Origin: a virus
Lineage: Duplodnaviria > Caudoviricetes
Virus record (IMG/VR): IMGVR_UViG_3300013126_002137
Span: 1 to 53,421 of that record
Length of the DNA: 53,421 nucleotides
Direction: 5' to 3' (one strand)
Part shown: positions 45,635-53,421 of the stretch, piece by piece
Layout of the letters: each line of letters opens with the position of its first letter
How positions within the stretch are numbered: the first letter of the stretch is position 1
Program-made: the position numbers and the translations under genes
Notes under the pieces: generated by a model
Told to the model about the DNA's origin: nothing
The model's input: the letters and a program-made list of their open reading frames with translations, nothing else
The model's database searches: none

Positions 45635-46183
45635 ATGGGATTTGATTTATTACCTAAAAATGTATTTGTCGGAAAAGACTCTAGTGGTAAAAAGTTTGAG
45701 TTTTTTGAGTATGATTTTGGTACATACGCTATTATGCACATTGGTAGTATTTTTGCTACTTTATTTATTGGTGGGTTTTTTAGTGCTATTGCTAGTTTTA
45801 TCATCTTGATTATGTTGATGATACATTTTAATGGTAGATTTAACCCAATTAGTATTACAATACCTATATTAAGTGCGTATTGGTTATATGATTGTCATCA
45901 CAATTGGATAATAAGTGCTATAGTTGGGTTTTTTGTTGAATGTGATGGTTTGATATTTTTATCTTGTGTGAATGTAGCTTGTATTGTTGTTATTGCAATT
46001 ATGGTATTGTTTGGACCATCGATTGTTAGAATAATAAATTGGGTTGCTGAAGATGTAACTATGAGATATGTAATCTTTTTTATAGGAATGGCCGTATTGT
46101 TTTTAATATCATATAATATAGCTGGAAACCACATAGATAGAGATTGGTTAGGTGTTACACATGACATGCCAAACGCAAAATAA
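45635..46183 (+). CDS. Multi-pass membrane protein
   Basis: Hydrophobic; own promoter at 45602. Confidence 0.75.
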   Translation: MGFDLLPKNVFVGKDSSGKKFEFFEYDFGTYAIMHIGSIFATLFIGGFFSAIASFIILIMLMIHFNGRFNPISITIPILSAYWLYDCHHNWIISAIVGFFVECDGLIFLSCVNVACIVVIAIMVLFGPSIVRIINWVAEDVTMRYVIFFIGMAVLFLISYNIAGNHIDRDWLGVTHDMPNAK

Positions 46184-46202
46184 TTAAAAATATTTGCAAA
46201 AT

Positions 46203-46252
46203 TATTTGCATAAGTCCAGGAAATTACTTACATTTGTATTATAATTAAAAAC
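46203..46252 (+). repeat. 50-bp promoter cassette, copy 2
   Basis: See 45292-45341. Confidence 0.9.
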
Positions 46253-46259
46253 AGATAAA

Positions 46260-46538
46260 ATGAAAACGATAGTACAAGAATTACCAAAAGGTCAAAAAGA
46301 TATCATCTTACATGCATTGACATTGAGAGAAATCCAATTAAAGAAAGACCAAGAAATATACACTGGTCAAGACTTGGAAGACATACACTGTGAGTTATTT
46401 GATATACTTGTTTTGAAGAAAATGTTGGGGTACAAAGTTGATATTGTTTTAAATGATGCTCAGTTTGAATACTTTACATCAATAAACAATGTTGATTATC
46501 CTATGTATGATATTGAACCAAAAATAATTGAAAAATAA
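46260..46538 (+). CDS. Hypothetical protein
   Basis: Own promoter. Confidence 0.7.
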   Translation: MKTIVQELPKGQKDIILHALTLREIQLKKDQEIYTGQDLEDIHCELFDILVLKKMLGYKVDIVLNDAQFEYFTSINNVDYPMYDIEPKIIEK

Positions 46539-46608
46539 TTTTAAAAATATTTGGAAATATCAAAAAAAATCCGTACCTTTGTTTTATAAATAATTAAAAA
46601 TATAAATT

Positions 46609-46917
46609 ATGAAAAAGTTAAACACAACATTATTTGATTTAGATGTAATTTTTACAACAATGTCACATGCACAAACTTTGTCTACTATTATTAACTTGAA
46701 AGAAGTTAGAACAGAGTTGATTGAAGTTAGAAATGAGTGTTTAGAAGAAACATTTGAATTTGATGAGAATGTTGATGAAATCTCTTTTATTGATAAACAA
46801 CTTGTTTATATCAACAAAAACATTAGAACACTTGAAAATGCTTTGTTGTGTCACGAATCTAAGATTAGCGAAAAAAGAACAGCATTATCTGATTTAGGTA
46901 CTTTTTGGTTAAACTAA
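46609..46917 (+). CDS. Hypothetical protein
   Basis: Own promoter at 46574. Confidence 0.7.
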   Translation: MKKLNTTLFDLDVIFTTMSHAQTLSTIINLKEVRTELIEVRNECLEETFEFDENVDEISFIDKQLVYINKNIRTLENALLCHESKISEKRTALSDLGTFWLN

Positions 46918-46923
46918 TCAACT

Positions 46924-47094
46924 ATGAGAACTACAACTATTTTTTTATTGCAAATATTAGCCTTTACTGGTGGTATTACATTTGTATCAATTTTTATTAC
47001 CAAATCAAAATCTTGGGAATTTACTTTACCAATATTTTTAACGTCATTAATTATAATGATTGTTGATATTATTTTATATAAAAATAAAAAATAA
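46924..47094 (+). CDS. Small membrane protein (56 aa)
   Basis: MRTTTIFLLQILAFTGG...IILYKNKK; not in the ORF track. Confidence 0.6.
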   Translation: MRTTTIFLLQILAFTGGITFVSIFITKSKSWEFTLPIFLTSLIIMIVDIILYKNKK

Positions 47095-47150
47095 TTTGCA
47101 TATGTCAATTTTAATCATTACATTTGTATTATAATTAAAAACCAATAGTC

Positions 47151-47453
47151 ATGTCAAGAACAAAAAAAACATTTGAAGTTGAAAAGTTTAAAGAATATGT
47201 TAACACGCAACTTGCTAGAACAGATGAATATGCTGATGATATGTTTAAGTCTGCTCTATGTGTCGCATTAGGTGAGGTATTACACAGAACTGGTAACTAC
47301 AAAGGTTTTACATACTTGTATTGGCAAGAAACTGGTTTTGCTGATTGGTGTAAGGATGGGCAAACTGAAGTTTGGGGAGAAAAGAAAAAATATATCGTAG
47401 GTACACCAGATACCAAGTATCGTGGTAGTGAACATGCTAGAAGATATTATTAA
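47151..47453 (+). CDS. Hypothetical protein
   Basis: Own promoter at 47119. Confidence 0.7.
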   Translation: MSRTKKTFEVEKFKEYVNTQLARTDEYADDMFKSALCVALGEVLHRTGNYKGFTYLYWQETGFADWCKDGQTEVWGEKKKYIVGTPDTKYRGSEHARRYY

Positions 47454-47524
47454 TAATAATAGGGGTTACCGAAAACCTTGTTAGAGTGGGCAAATTAAAC
47501 TAAATAAAAACAAAAAAAAGAAAA

Positions 47525-48316
47525 ATGAGAAAATTAAGTTATTTTTTAATGTTGAGCATATCAATTTTAGTGTTGGCATCATGCTCACGAGTAGAACCTA
47601 ACTATGAAGGTGTCCTTATGGAAAACTATGGACGTAATGGTAAGTCAGACTTTAAAGTCGTTACTGGTAAACAAAACACAATGTGGGCTGGTGTACAGTT
47701 ATACCAAGTACCTATGTTTGAAACAAGTGGTGACTGCGATGGTGTTAAAATCAACGCAAAAGATGCTGGTAAGTTTTATGTTGACCCAGTATACCAATAT
47801 CAACCAATCAGAGGTAAAGGTGTTGAAGTCGTATTTAACTATAAACACTTTGGGGTTGCTGAACCAGAAGTTATGATGGACAATATCGAAAAGGGCATAT
47901 TGAATAGAATAGTTGTTAATGCATATCGTGAAGAAGCAAGGAATTATAGTACAGACTCGCTTATGAACAACTTGAATGCCTTTGAAAGTAAAGTACAAGA
48001 AAGATTACGTGAAGAATTTGCTAACAAGTTTTTTGAATTGAAAGAAGTAACATCTGGGTTAACACCGCCAGAGTCAATGGAGAAAGCAATCGAAGCTAGA
48101 AACAATGCAATACAAGAGGCTAATCGTGTTAAAAACGAATTAGAAGTGTCTAAGATGAAATTGGAACAAGCTAAAATTGATGCTGAAGCTGATAGAATTA
48201 AATCACAAGGTTTGACAAAAGAAGTGTTGCAAGAAAAATGGATTAATGCTATCCGTTATAGCAATAACAAAGTTATTATCACTGATGGTAAAACACCAGT
48301 ATTATTTAACAACTAA
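47525..48316 (+). CDS. SPFH/band-7 family lipoprotein
   Basis: LASC lipobox, RVEPNYEGV, C-terminal A/E-rich coiled coil. Confidence 0.85.
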   Translation: MRKLSYFLMLSISILVLASCSRVEPNYEGVLMENYGRNGKSDFKVVTGKQNTMWAGVQLYQVPMFETSGDCDGVKINAKDAGKFYVDPVYQYQPIRGKGVEVVFNYKHFGVAEPEVMMDNIEKGILNRIVVNAYREEARNYSTDSLMNNLNAFESKVQERLREEFANKFFELKEVTSGLTPPESMEKAIEARNNAIQEANRVKNELEVSKMKLEQAKIDAEADRIKSQGLTKEVLQEKWINAIRYSNNKVIITDGKTPVLFNN

Positions 48317-48492
48317 TGAGAAATACATCTTTAAAAATACTAGGTTTGGTGGTGCTGAACCTAGTATTAATATGGTTACATCACACATTATTCCAATCAC
48401 CAATGCCATTTTTAGTTTTTGCATCAATGATTTTACATTTAGTTGTGATAATTAAGATACCATATGAAAAAATATTTAAAAAAGAGGAATAA
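48316..48492 (+). CDS. Small membrane protein (58 aa)
   Basis: TAATG-coupled MRNTSLKILGLVVLNLVLIW...; not in the ORF track. Confidence 0.6.
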   Translation: MRNTSLKILGLVVLNLVLIWLHHTLFQSPMPFLVFASMILHLVVIIKIPYEKIFKKEE

Positions 48493-48508
48493 TTTTCCTC
48501 TTTTTTTT
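48478..48508 (+). terminator. Intrinsic terminator
   Basis: AAAAAAGAGGAA/TTCCTCTTTTTT. Confidence 0.75.
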
Positions 48509-48560
48509 GTTTATATGAAAAATATTTACTACATTTGTATTATAAATAAAAATAACGGTT

Positions 48561-48881
48561 ATGGAAATTGCATTTAGAAAATTAACAGAAGAACAATTTG
48601 ATGATTATTTTGAACTTTTAGATAATCACATTGATGACAACGCAGCATTTGGTGGTAAAATGTTTGAAACCTATGGTGAAGAAATGTCATTTGTTATTGA
48701 AATGGCAAACCAAAACAGAGTTATCACTATCATCGAAAACGATGAGGGTTGTGAAGAAGATGAAGATGGGTTTACATCACCTAGTATGTACTATGTAAGT
48801 GGTATGCATCTTGTGAATAGAATTGGATACCTTATCACAGAAGAACCTATTGATTTTGAATTTGAATGTTTAATTGATTAA
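48561..48881 (+). CDS. Acidic hypothetical protein
   Basis: MFETYGEE...SGMHLVNRIGYLIT. Confidence 0.75.
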   Translation: MEIAFRKLTEEQFDDYFELLDNHIDDNAAFGGKMFETYGEEMSFVIEMANQNRVITIIENDEGCEEDEDGFTSPSMYYVSGMHLVNRIGYLITEEPIDFEFECLID

Positions 48882-48890
48882 TTTTATCTT

Positions 48891-49130
48891 ATGGAAGTAG
48901 AATTTGAATTTAACAACAAAGTATTGAGTAGGGATTTAAAAGAACTTATCTCAAAAGTAGATAACATCGAAATATCTAAAGGTAGAGTAAGTGGTTACTC
49001 AATAGAAGTGTTTGATAAAAGCACACAATCACAAGGTAGTTATGTTTATTGTAAGAATAGTAAACATAGGGATGAAGATTATAATAGTCTTTTAGAAGCC
49101 ATCGAAGTTGCATTAGAAATAACTGAATAA
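48891..49130 (+). CDS. Hypothetical protein
   Basis: Operon-packed ORF. Confidence 0.65.
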   Translation: MEVEFEFNNKVLSRDLKELISKVDNIEISKGRVSGYSIEVFDKSTQSQGSYVYCKNSKHRDEDYNSLLEAIEVALEITE

Positions 49131-49131
49131 T

Positions 49132-49371
49132 ATGGAAGACATAAATGATAAGTTTGAAGAACTTGTGCGTAAATCAGAAGATGAATCAAAGAAGCTACAA
49201 AAGAAATATGATTTTGCTCTTTTGATAATTGAAATGGTATTGCAATTATCTGGTGTTGTAATAATCATATATGAATTAGGTTGGGTTGTTGGTGGAGGAT
49301 TATTTTTGTGGTTTACTGGAAATAATTTACAAGTTATTAGAAATTTTAGAGAAAAAAACTTGCGTAAGTAA
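49132..49371 (+). CDS. Small membrane protein
   Basis: Hydrophobic core. Confidence 0.65.
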   Translation: MEDINDKFEELVRKSEDESKKLQKKYDFALLIIEMVLQLSGVVIIIYELGWVVGGGLFLWFTGNNLQVIRNFREKNLRK

Positions 49372-49394
49372 ATTATTATAACTACATTTGTCCT

Positions 49395-49481
49395 ATGAAT
49401 ATATTTGTTTTAGATACAGACCCAAAAACATGTGCTGTTTATCACAATGACAAGCACGTTGTTAAGATGATACTTGAAACT
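49395..49481 (+). pseudogene. 5' stub of a pyrimidine-dimer glycosylase-like gene
   Basis: MNIFVLDTDPKTCAVYHNDKHVVKMILET, then unrelated sequence (stop at 49557-49559); duplicates the N-terminus of 50540. Confidence 0.9.
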
Positions 49482-49516
49482 TTTATAAAGTTCTATATAT
49501 TTATAAATAAAAAAAT

Positions 49517-50485
49517 ATGGAAACTTGTGAAATTTGTAAAGAAACATTTAATAATTTAAAAGGGTTAACCACTCATGTTAATGCTAAACATCATCTTAAC
49601 GGTAAAGAATACTATGATACCTATCTTAAAAAAGAAGGTGAAGGTCAATGTGTGATTTGTGGTAGTGAAACTACTTACAGAAATGTTGGTGTTGGTTATT
49701 TAGAAAATTGTTCAGTGAAATGTAGGAATAATAATAAAACTATCAAACGTGATTATTGGAAAGGTAAAACTCAATCAGAAGAAACAATAGCTAAAAGGAT
49801 ACATAATACAGACCAAATAAAGAAAGAGGGAAATAGGAAAGAAACTATGTTAGATAAATATGGTGTTGATAATCCATCAAAGCTAGATATAGTTAAATCC
49901 AAAATAAGTATTGGTAACAAAGGTAAAATAGTTGATAGGGGAGAAGAATGGCAGAATAAAATCATTGATTCAAAAAGAAAAAATGGTACTTTAAAACATT
50001 CGGATGAAACTAAAACTAAAATTGGTGATAGTCTTAATAAGTATCATTCTTTAAATTTAGATAGAGAAAAATACTTGTCTAAATCAAACAATATTAGTCA
50101 TTTTTGTGGTTGGTATAATGGATTGTATTTTAGGAGTTCATTAGAATTATCTTTCTTATTCTTAAATAAAGGAGTAACTTTTATTAGTTGTGAAAAGAAC
50201 AAATATAAGATTATCTATGAGAAAGATGGTAAACAAAAAGTTTATTATCCAGATTATACTGATGGTGATGTCATCTATGAAATTAAACCAAGTACTTTAT
50301 TGGGATATAAAGATAATGATTTAAAGATTAATAAAGGTTTAGAATTATATGGTGATAAGTATAAAGTTATTACTGAAAAAGAAGCACCATATATTGAGAA
50401 AACTAAAATATTTGAGTTAATTGAAACTGGTGTTGTGAGGGTTAACGAAAAATCATTATCAATATTGAAAAAATATAAACATTAA
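49517..50485 (+). mobile_element. Free-standing endonuclease: zinc fingers, NUMOD3-like repeats, TnsA-like PD-(D/E)XK domain
   Basis: CEIC...HVNAKH; HSDETKTKIG; FRSSLE...YYPDY...YEIKP. Confidence 0.8.
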
Positions 50486-50539
50486 TTTGTTTAATTGAAA
50501 TTAAATACTTACCTTTGTAATAACAAAAAAATAAAATTT

Positions 50540-51010
50540 ATGAATATATTTGTCTTAGACCTAGACCCAAGAATATGTGCTACGTATCATGTGGACAAAC
50601 ATAGCACTAAAATGTGTGTGGAATACGCACAGTTATTATGTGGAGTGCATTGGATGACCGAAGGTGGTCAATACGATATACCATATAAGTTATCACATAA
50701 AAATCATCCATGCGCAATATGGGCACGTGAATGTTACGAGAATTACATTTGGTTATGTGATTTAGGATTAGAATTATGTGCTGAATACACATATCGTTAT
50801 GGTAAACGTCATAAGTCACAAGATATTATAGAATGGTGTTTGATACATAAACCAAATATCATAGAGAAAGGTGATGTAACACCATTTGCTCTGGCTATGC
50901 CAATCGAATGCAAGATAGGTAATGCTGTTGAGTCATATCGTGAGTATTACAGACAAGAAAAAAAAGGTTTTGCTAATTGGAAGAACCGAGAAACACCTAA
51001 TTGGTTTTAG
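50540..51010 (+). CDS. Pyrimidine-dimer DNA glycosylase/DenV-family protein
   Basis: MNIFVLD...DKH..KM..EYAQLL, HKNHPCAIW, EYTYRYGKRH; ATG at 50540 after promoter 50510. Confidence 0.8.
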   Translation: MNIFVLDLDPRICATYHVDKHSTKMCVEYAQLLCGVHWMTEGGQYDIPYKLSHKNHPCAIWARECYENYIWLCDLGLELCAEYTYRYGKRHKSQDIIEWCLIHKPNIIEKGDVTPFALAMPIECKIGNAVESYREYYRQEKKGFANWKNRETPNWF

Positions 51011-51012
51011 TT

Positions 51013-51150
51013 ATGAGCACTTGGTTAATAGTATTATTAGTTATCATATCAGTTATTATACTGTTATTGATTGTCTCACCTAAATTTAGAGCAATATTTG
51101 GAGATTTGTTAGATGAAATTATTGAAGGAATTATTGATTTTTTTGATTAA
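51013..51150 (+). CDS. Small membrane protein (45 aa)
   Basis: MSTWLIVLLVIISVIILLLIVSPKF...; not in the ORF track. Confidence 0.55.
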   Translation: MSTWLIVLLVIISVIILLLIVSPKFRAIFGDLLDEIIEGIIDFFD

Positions 51151-51249
51151 AATATAAAAACATGAAAATTTTTAAAAAAAGTTACTAAAAAATTTGGAAC
51201 TTTAAAAAATAGTTCTTACATTTGTATCATAATCTTAAAACAATTAGTT

Positions 51250-51537
51250 ATGTCAGAAGTTAAAGTAAACCCAAATGAGTTAACAACATCAACTCGCAAA
51301 AGACCAAACAAAGCTAAAATTTTAAAACAAGCTACGTTAAGAGGTCATTTAACACCAAACGAAAGTTTGATGATTACTGGTCTAACAGTAAAAAACCTTT
51401 TACAGAGAATTAACAATAGAGGATTTGAAGATGTAATCCTACCAGCAGACTGCAAGAAGTTAGAAGACCTAATGAAAGAGTTTGTTACAAAGTGTGATGA
51501 TGTTTTATCACCATACGCAACAAAAAAAGTTAAATAA
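51250..51537 (+). CDS. Hypothetical protein
   Basis: Own promoter at 51217. Confidence 0.7.
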   Translation: MSEVKVNPNELTTSTRKRPNKAKILKQATLRGHLTPNESLMITGLTVKNLLQRINNRGFEDVILPADCKKLEDLMKEFVTKCDDVLSPYATKKVK

Positions 51538-51597
51538 ATTTTGTTTATTTAATTTTTAATTACTACCTTTGCAATATTAACCCAAAATAAAAATAAA

Positions 51598-52632
51598 ATG
51601 AAGAAAAACGTAAAAACAGCTTCAAGGGTTGAAGCTAGAATTGAGACTATCACAGTTGATAGAGCGAAAGAGTTATTAGCGAAAAACGTTGATAACAGAC
51701 GTGTAGACGAGAGCAGAGTAGCACGTTTAGCACAATCCATGGTTAATGGTGATTTTGTTGTCACAAATCAAGGAATTGGTATCGATACAAATGATATCGT
51801 ATCAGACGGACAACACCGTTTAAGAGCAATCGTTAAGGCTAATGTGCCAGTTGAAATGCTCGTTATCACTGGTTTAGAACCTAAATGTCGTTACGTAATT
51901 GACACTGGAAAAGGTCGTAGTCACGCTGATGCGCTACAAATCAGTAAATTAGCTTTGGATGTTAACTCAAAAGGTAAAACAATTGATTATGCTAAATTAA
52001 TAGCATCTGCATCATGTTATATCATGTTACACCAAACAAATCGTTTTAATAACATCACTGCTTATGGTAGAATCATCACAGCAAGCGAGTTAGTTAACTT
52101 TGTTGAGAAGAACCATACAGAGTTGTTATCATCCGCAAAAGAAGTTAAAAAATTAACAGATGAGTGTAAATATGTACAAGTACCACACATGTTGTTTTTG
52201 TACCAAATGCACAAGTTTTTTAACAAATCAAGAATTGTTAAGTTTATTAACATCGTAACTGGAAAAGAAAATGCTGAAAATCCAGATACATGTCCAGCAA
52301 CAAAATTAAGAAACACCCTTATTGAAAACTACGGAAAACGTAGAGGTACTAAGTTAGGTACAAAAGATTTGATGGGGTTAGCAATCGATGCATCAAACAA
52401 GTTTATGGCACGTGTTGAAATGGGTGCTAAAAACAAAAAGTTGATGGCAAGACCTACAAAGGCTGGTATTGTTAATGTTAAGTTTACTGGTAACCTTAAT
52501 GACGAAGGACAATCATTTTTTAAAACAATCAAAACTGATAGTCCACTACCAGAAGATGAGAAATCTAAAGAACGCAAAAAATTAGAAGCTGAAATAGCTG
52601 CGCTTGAAGATTTTGTAACAAAACATAAGTAA
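51598..52632 (+). CDS. ParB/Srx-superfamily protein with DGQHR motif
   Basis: NRRV...DGQHRLRAI...IDTGKGRS. Confidence 0.75.
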   Translation: MKKNVKTASRVEARIETITVDRAKELLAKNVDNRRVDESRVARLAQSMVNGDFVVTNQGIGIDTNDIVSDGQHRLRAIVKANVPVEMLVITGLEPKCRYVIDTGKGRSHADALQISKLALDVNSKGKTIDYAKLIASASCYIMLHQTNRFNNITAYGRIITASELVNFVEKNHTELLSSAKEVKKLTDECKYVQVPHMLFLYQMHKFFNKSRIVKFINIVTGKENAENPDTCPATKLRNTLIENYGKRRGTKLGTKDLMGLAIDASNKFMARVEMGAKNKKLMARPTKAGIVNVKFTGNLNDEGQSFFKTIKTDSPLPEDEKSKERKKLEAEIAALEDFVTKHK

Positions 52633-52680
52633 AAATTTGCAAATGTAAAAACTTATTAATACATTTGTAGAAGATTACGG

Positions 52681-52746
52681 AGGTAACTAGTGTAAAAGGA
52701 AGCACGCCAGCAAATCTGGAAGAGAGGTTCAAGTCCTCGTTACTTA
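52681..52746 (+). ncRNA. tRNA-like RNA with a truncated anticodon arm
   Basis: AGGTAAC/GTTACTT, D arm GTGT/GCAC, CCAG-CAAAT-CTGG, GAGG-TTCAAGT-CCTC; first RNA after promoter 52660. Confidence 0.6.
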
Positions 52747-52759
52747 CAAATAAAAAATT

Positions 52760-52985
52760 AGGATAGGGGGTAAAGCTGAGTGAGGGTTTATCTTGTCGGA
52801 TAATAAAATAGTACACCATCGGCTATCAACGTCTCCCCCGATTCCTCAGACATAATTAGACGTTGGTGGCTTATATGCTTCTCAGCTCTTGATTAGAGCA
52901 TGGTGGCTAAGACTGACACTGGGAAAGACTAGTAATCACAATCGGCAGAGAGGGTAGTACTGCCACTACCCTCGAAACCGATACA
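52760..52985 (+). ncRNA. Putative structured ncRNA(s)
   Basis: GC-richer non-coding stretch with AGCTGAG/CTCAGCT, GCTATCAACGTCT/AGACGTTGGTGGC, TGAGG/CCTCA and GAGGGTAGT/ACTACCCTC. Confidence 0.5.
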
Positions 52986-52986
52986 T

Positions 52987-53190
52987 AACTAGGTGGCGAA
53001 ATTGGTTAGACGCTAAACTCATGCGGTGAGCATGGAATGGGAAGAAGGTTAAGGCACACAAGTTGGGTAAATATCCGTTGCTTAACACATTCCAATAAAG
53101 TTGATGAAAATATTAAGCAGTATCCCTCTAATAAGGTGCCAACTAACATCAACTATAGTGCATAAAGGTTCGAATCCAGTACTAACTACT
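52987..53190 (+). ncRNA. Degenerate tRNA-like RNA with a large structured insert
   Basis: Leu/Ser-type 5' GGTGGCGAAATTGGTTAGACGC and 3' GGTTCGAATCC separated by about 150 nt containing TGGAATG/CATTCCA and AGTTGATG/CATCAACT stems; acceptor and T stems pair poorly. Confidence 0.45.
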
Positions 53191-53202
53191 AAAAAATAAA
53201 TA

Positions 53203-53391
53203 ATGGTTGAAATATTTTACATTATTATATTAGCTTTGTTTACGTTATTGGGTGCTTGGTATGCACCTAAAATGACATTGGCTATCTTTTTATTTGGTAT
53301 TGGTTTAAATCCAATAGCGGTAATTGTTATGATTATGAGTTTCATGACAGAAATTTCTATAAAATTTGATAAAAAAAACTTGACAAATTAA
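53203..53391 (+). CDS. Small membrane protein
   Basis: Hydrophobic ORF. Confidence 0.6.
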   Translation: MVEIFYIIILALFTLLGAWYAPKMTLAIFLFGIGLNPIAVIVMIMSFMTEISIKFDKKNLTN

Positions 53392-53421
53392 AAATAATGT
53401 TGTACATTTGTATTATAACGG

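Noticed and set aside
758-52819. Minus-strand and nested alternate-frame ORFs in the track (e.g. 758-1009, 2523-2765, 8674-9024, 18453-18830, 21538-21936, 44637-45140)
   Set aside because: They shadow well-supported + strand genes or RNAs and have no recognisable motifs or promoters.
1-53421. CRISPR array, rRNA, IS/transposase, or stop-codon reassignment
   Set aside because: No regularly spaced repeats, rRNA or transposase motifs seen; known genes are full length in the standard code and end at TAA, TAG and TGA.

Overview
AT-rich, gene-dense segment, almost all on the + strand, most consistent with the early/middle region of a large (jumbo, T4-related) phage of a Bacteroidota host. About 29 intergenic TTTG...TAnnTTTG promoters match the Bacteroidota primary-sigma consensus, and there are no core cellular operons. 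Contents: a tRNA/ncRNA cluster (1.1-2.8 kb), NAD+/ADP-ribose enzymes (NadM-Nudix, SLOG, NAMPT, NADAR, macrodomain, Sir2, PRS), translation and RNA quality-control genes (IF3, SmpB, RNase R, Smr, Thg1-like, YqeY, HAD phosphatases), three sigma factors, and four intact free-standing endonucleases plus one remnant. Candidate undescribed systems: (1) leader peptides that appear to sense tRNA supply and control the phage's own tRNAs. A 29-codon leader whose core uses only amino acids matching the downstream tRNAs has a classical antiterminator/terminator, and a Lys-rich 13-codon leader has a hairpin that can switch to pair with the downstream pre-tRNA-Lys. (2) Three intron-less endonuclease insertions that leave a 5' stub of the target gene and supply a recoded replacement N-terminus. 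(3) CAGCAA stem RNAs that display anticodon-loop mimics, one of them inside a permuted tRNA-like RNA. (4) A Nudix-ECF sigma fusion. (5) A Gol-peptide-like capsid motif on an early protein next to IF3. All protein calls come from reading motifs by eye, not from database searches; RNA pairings were worked out by hand.
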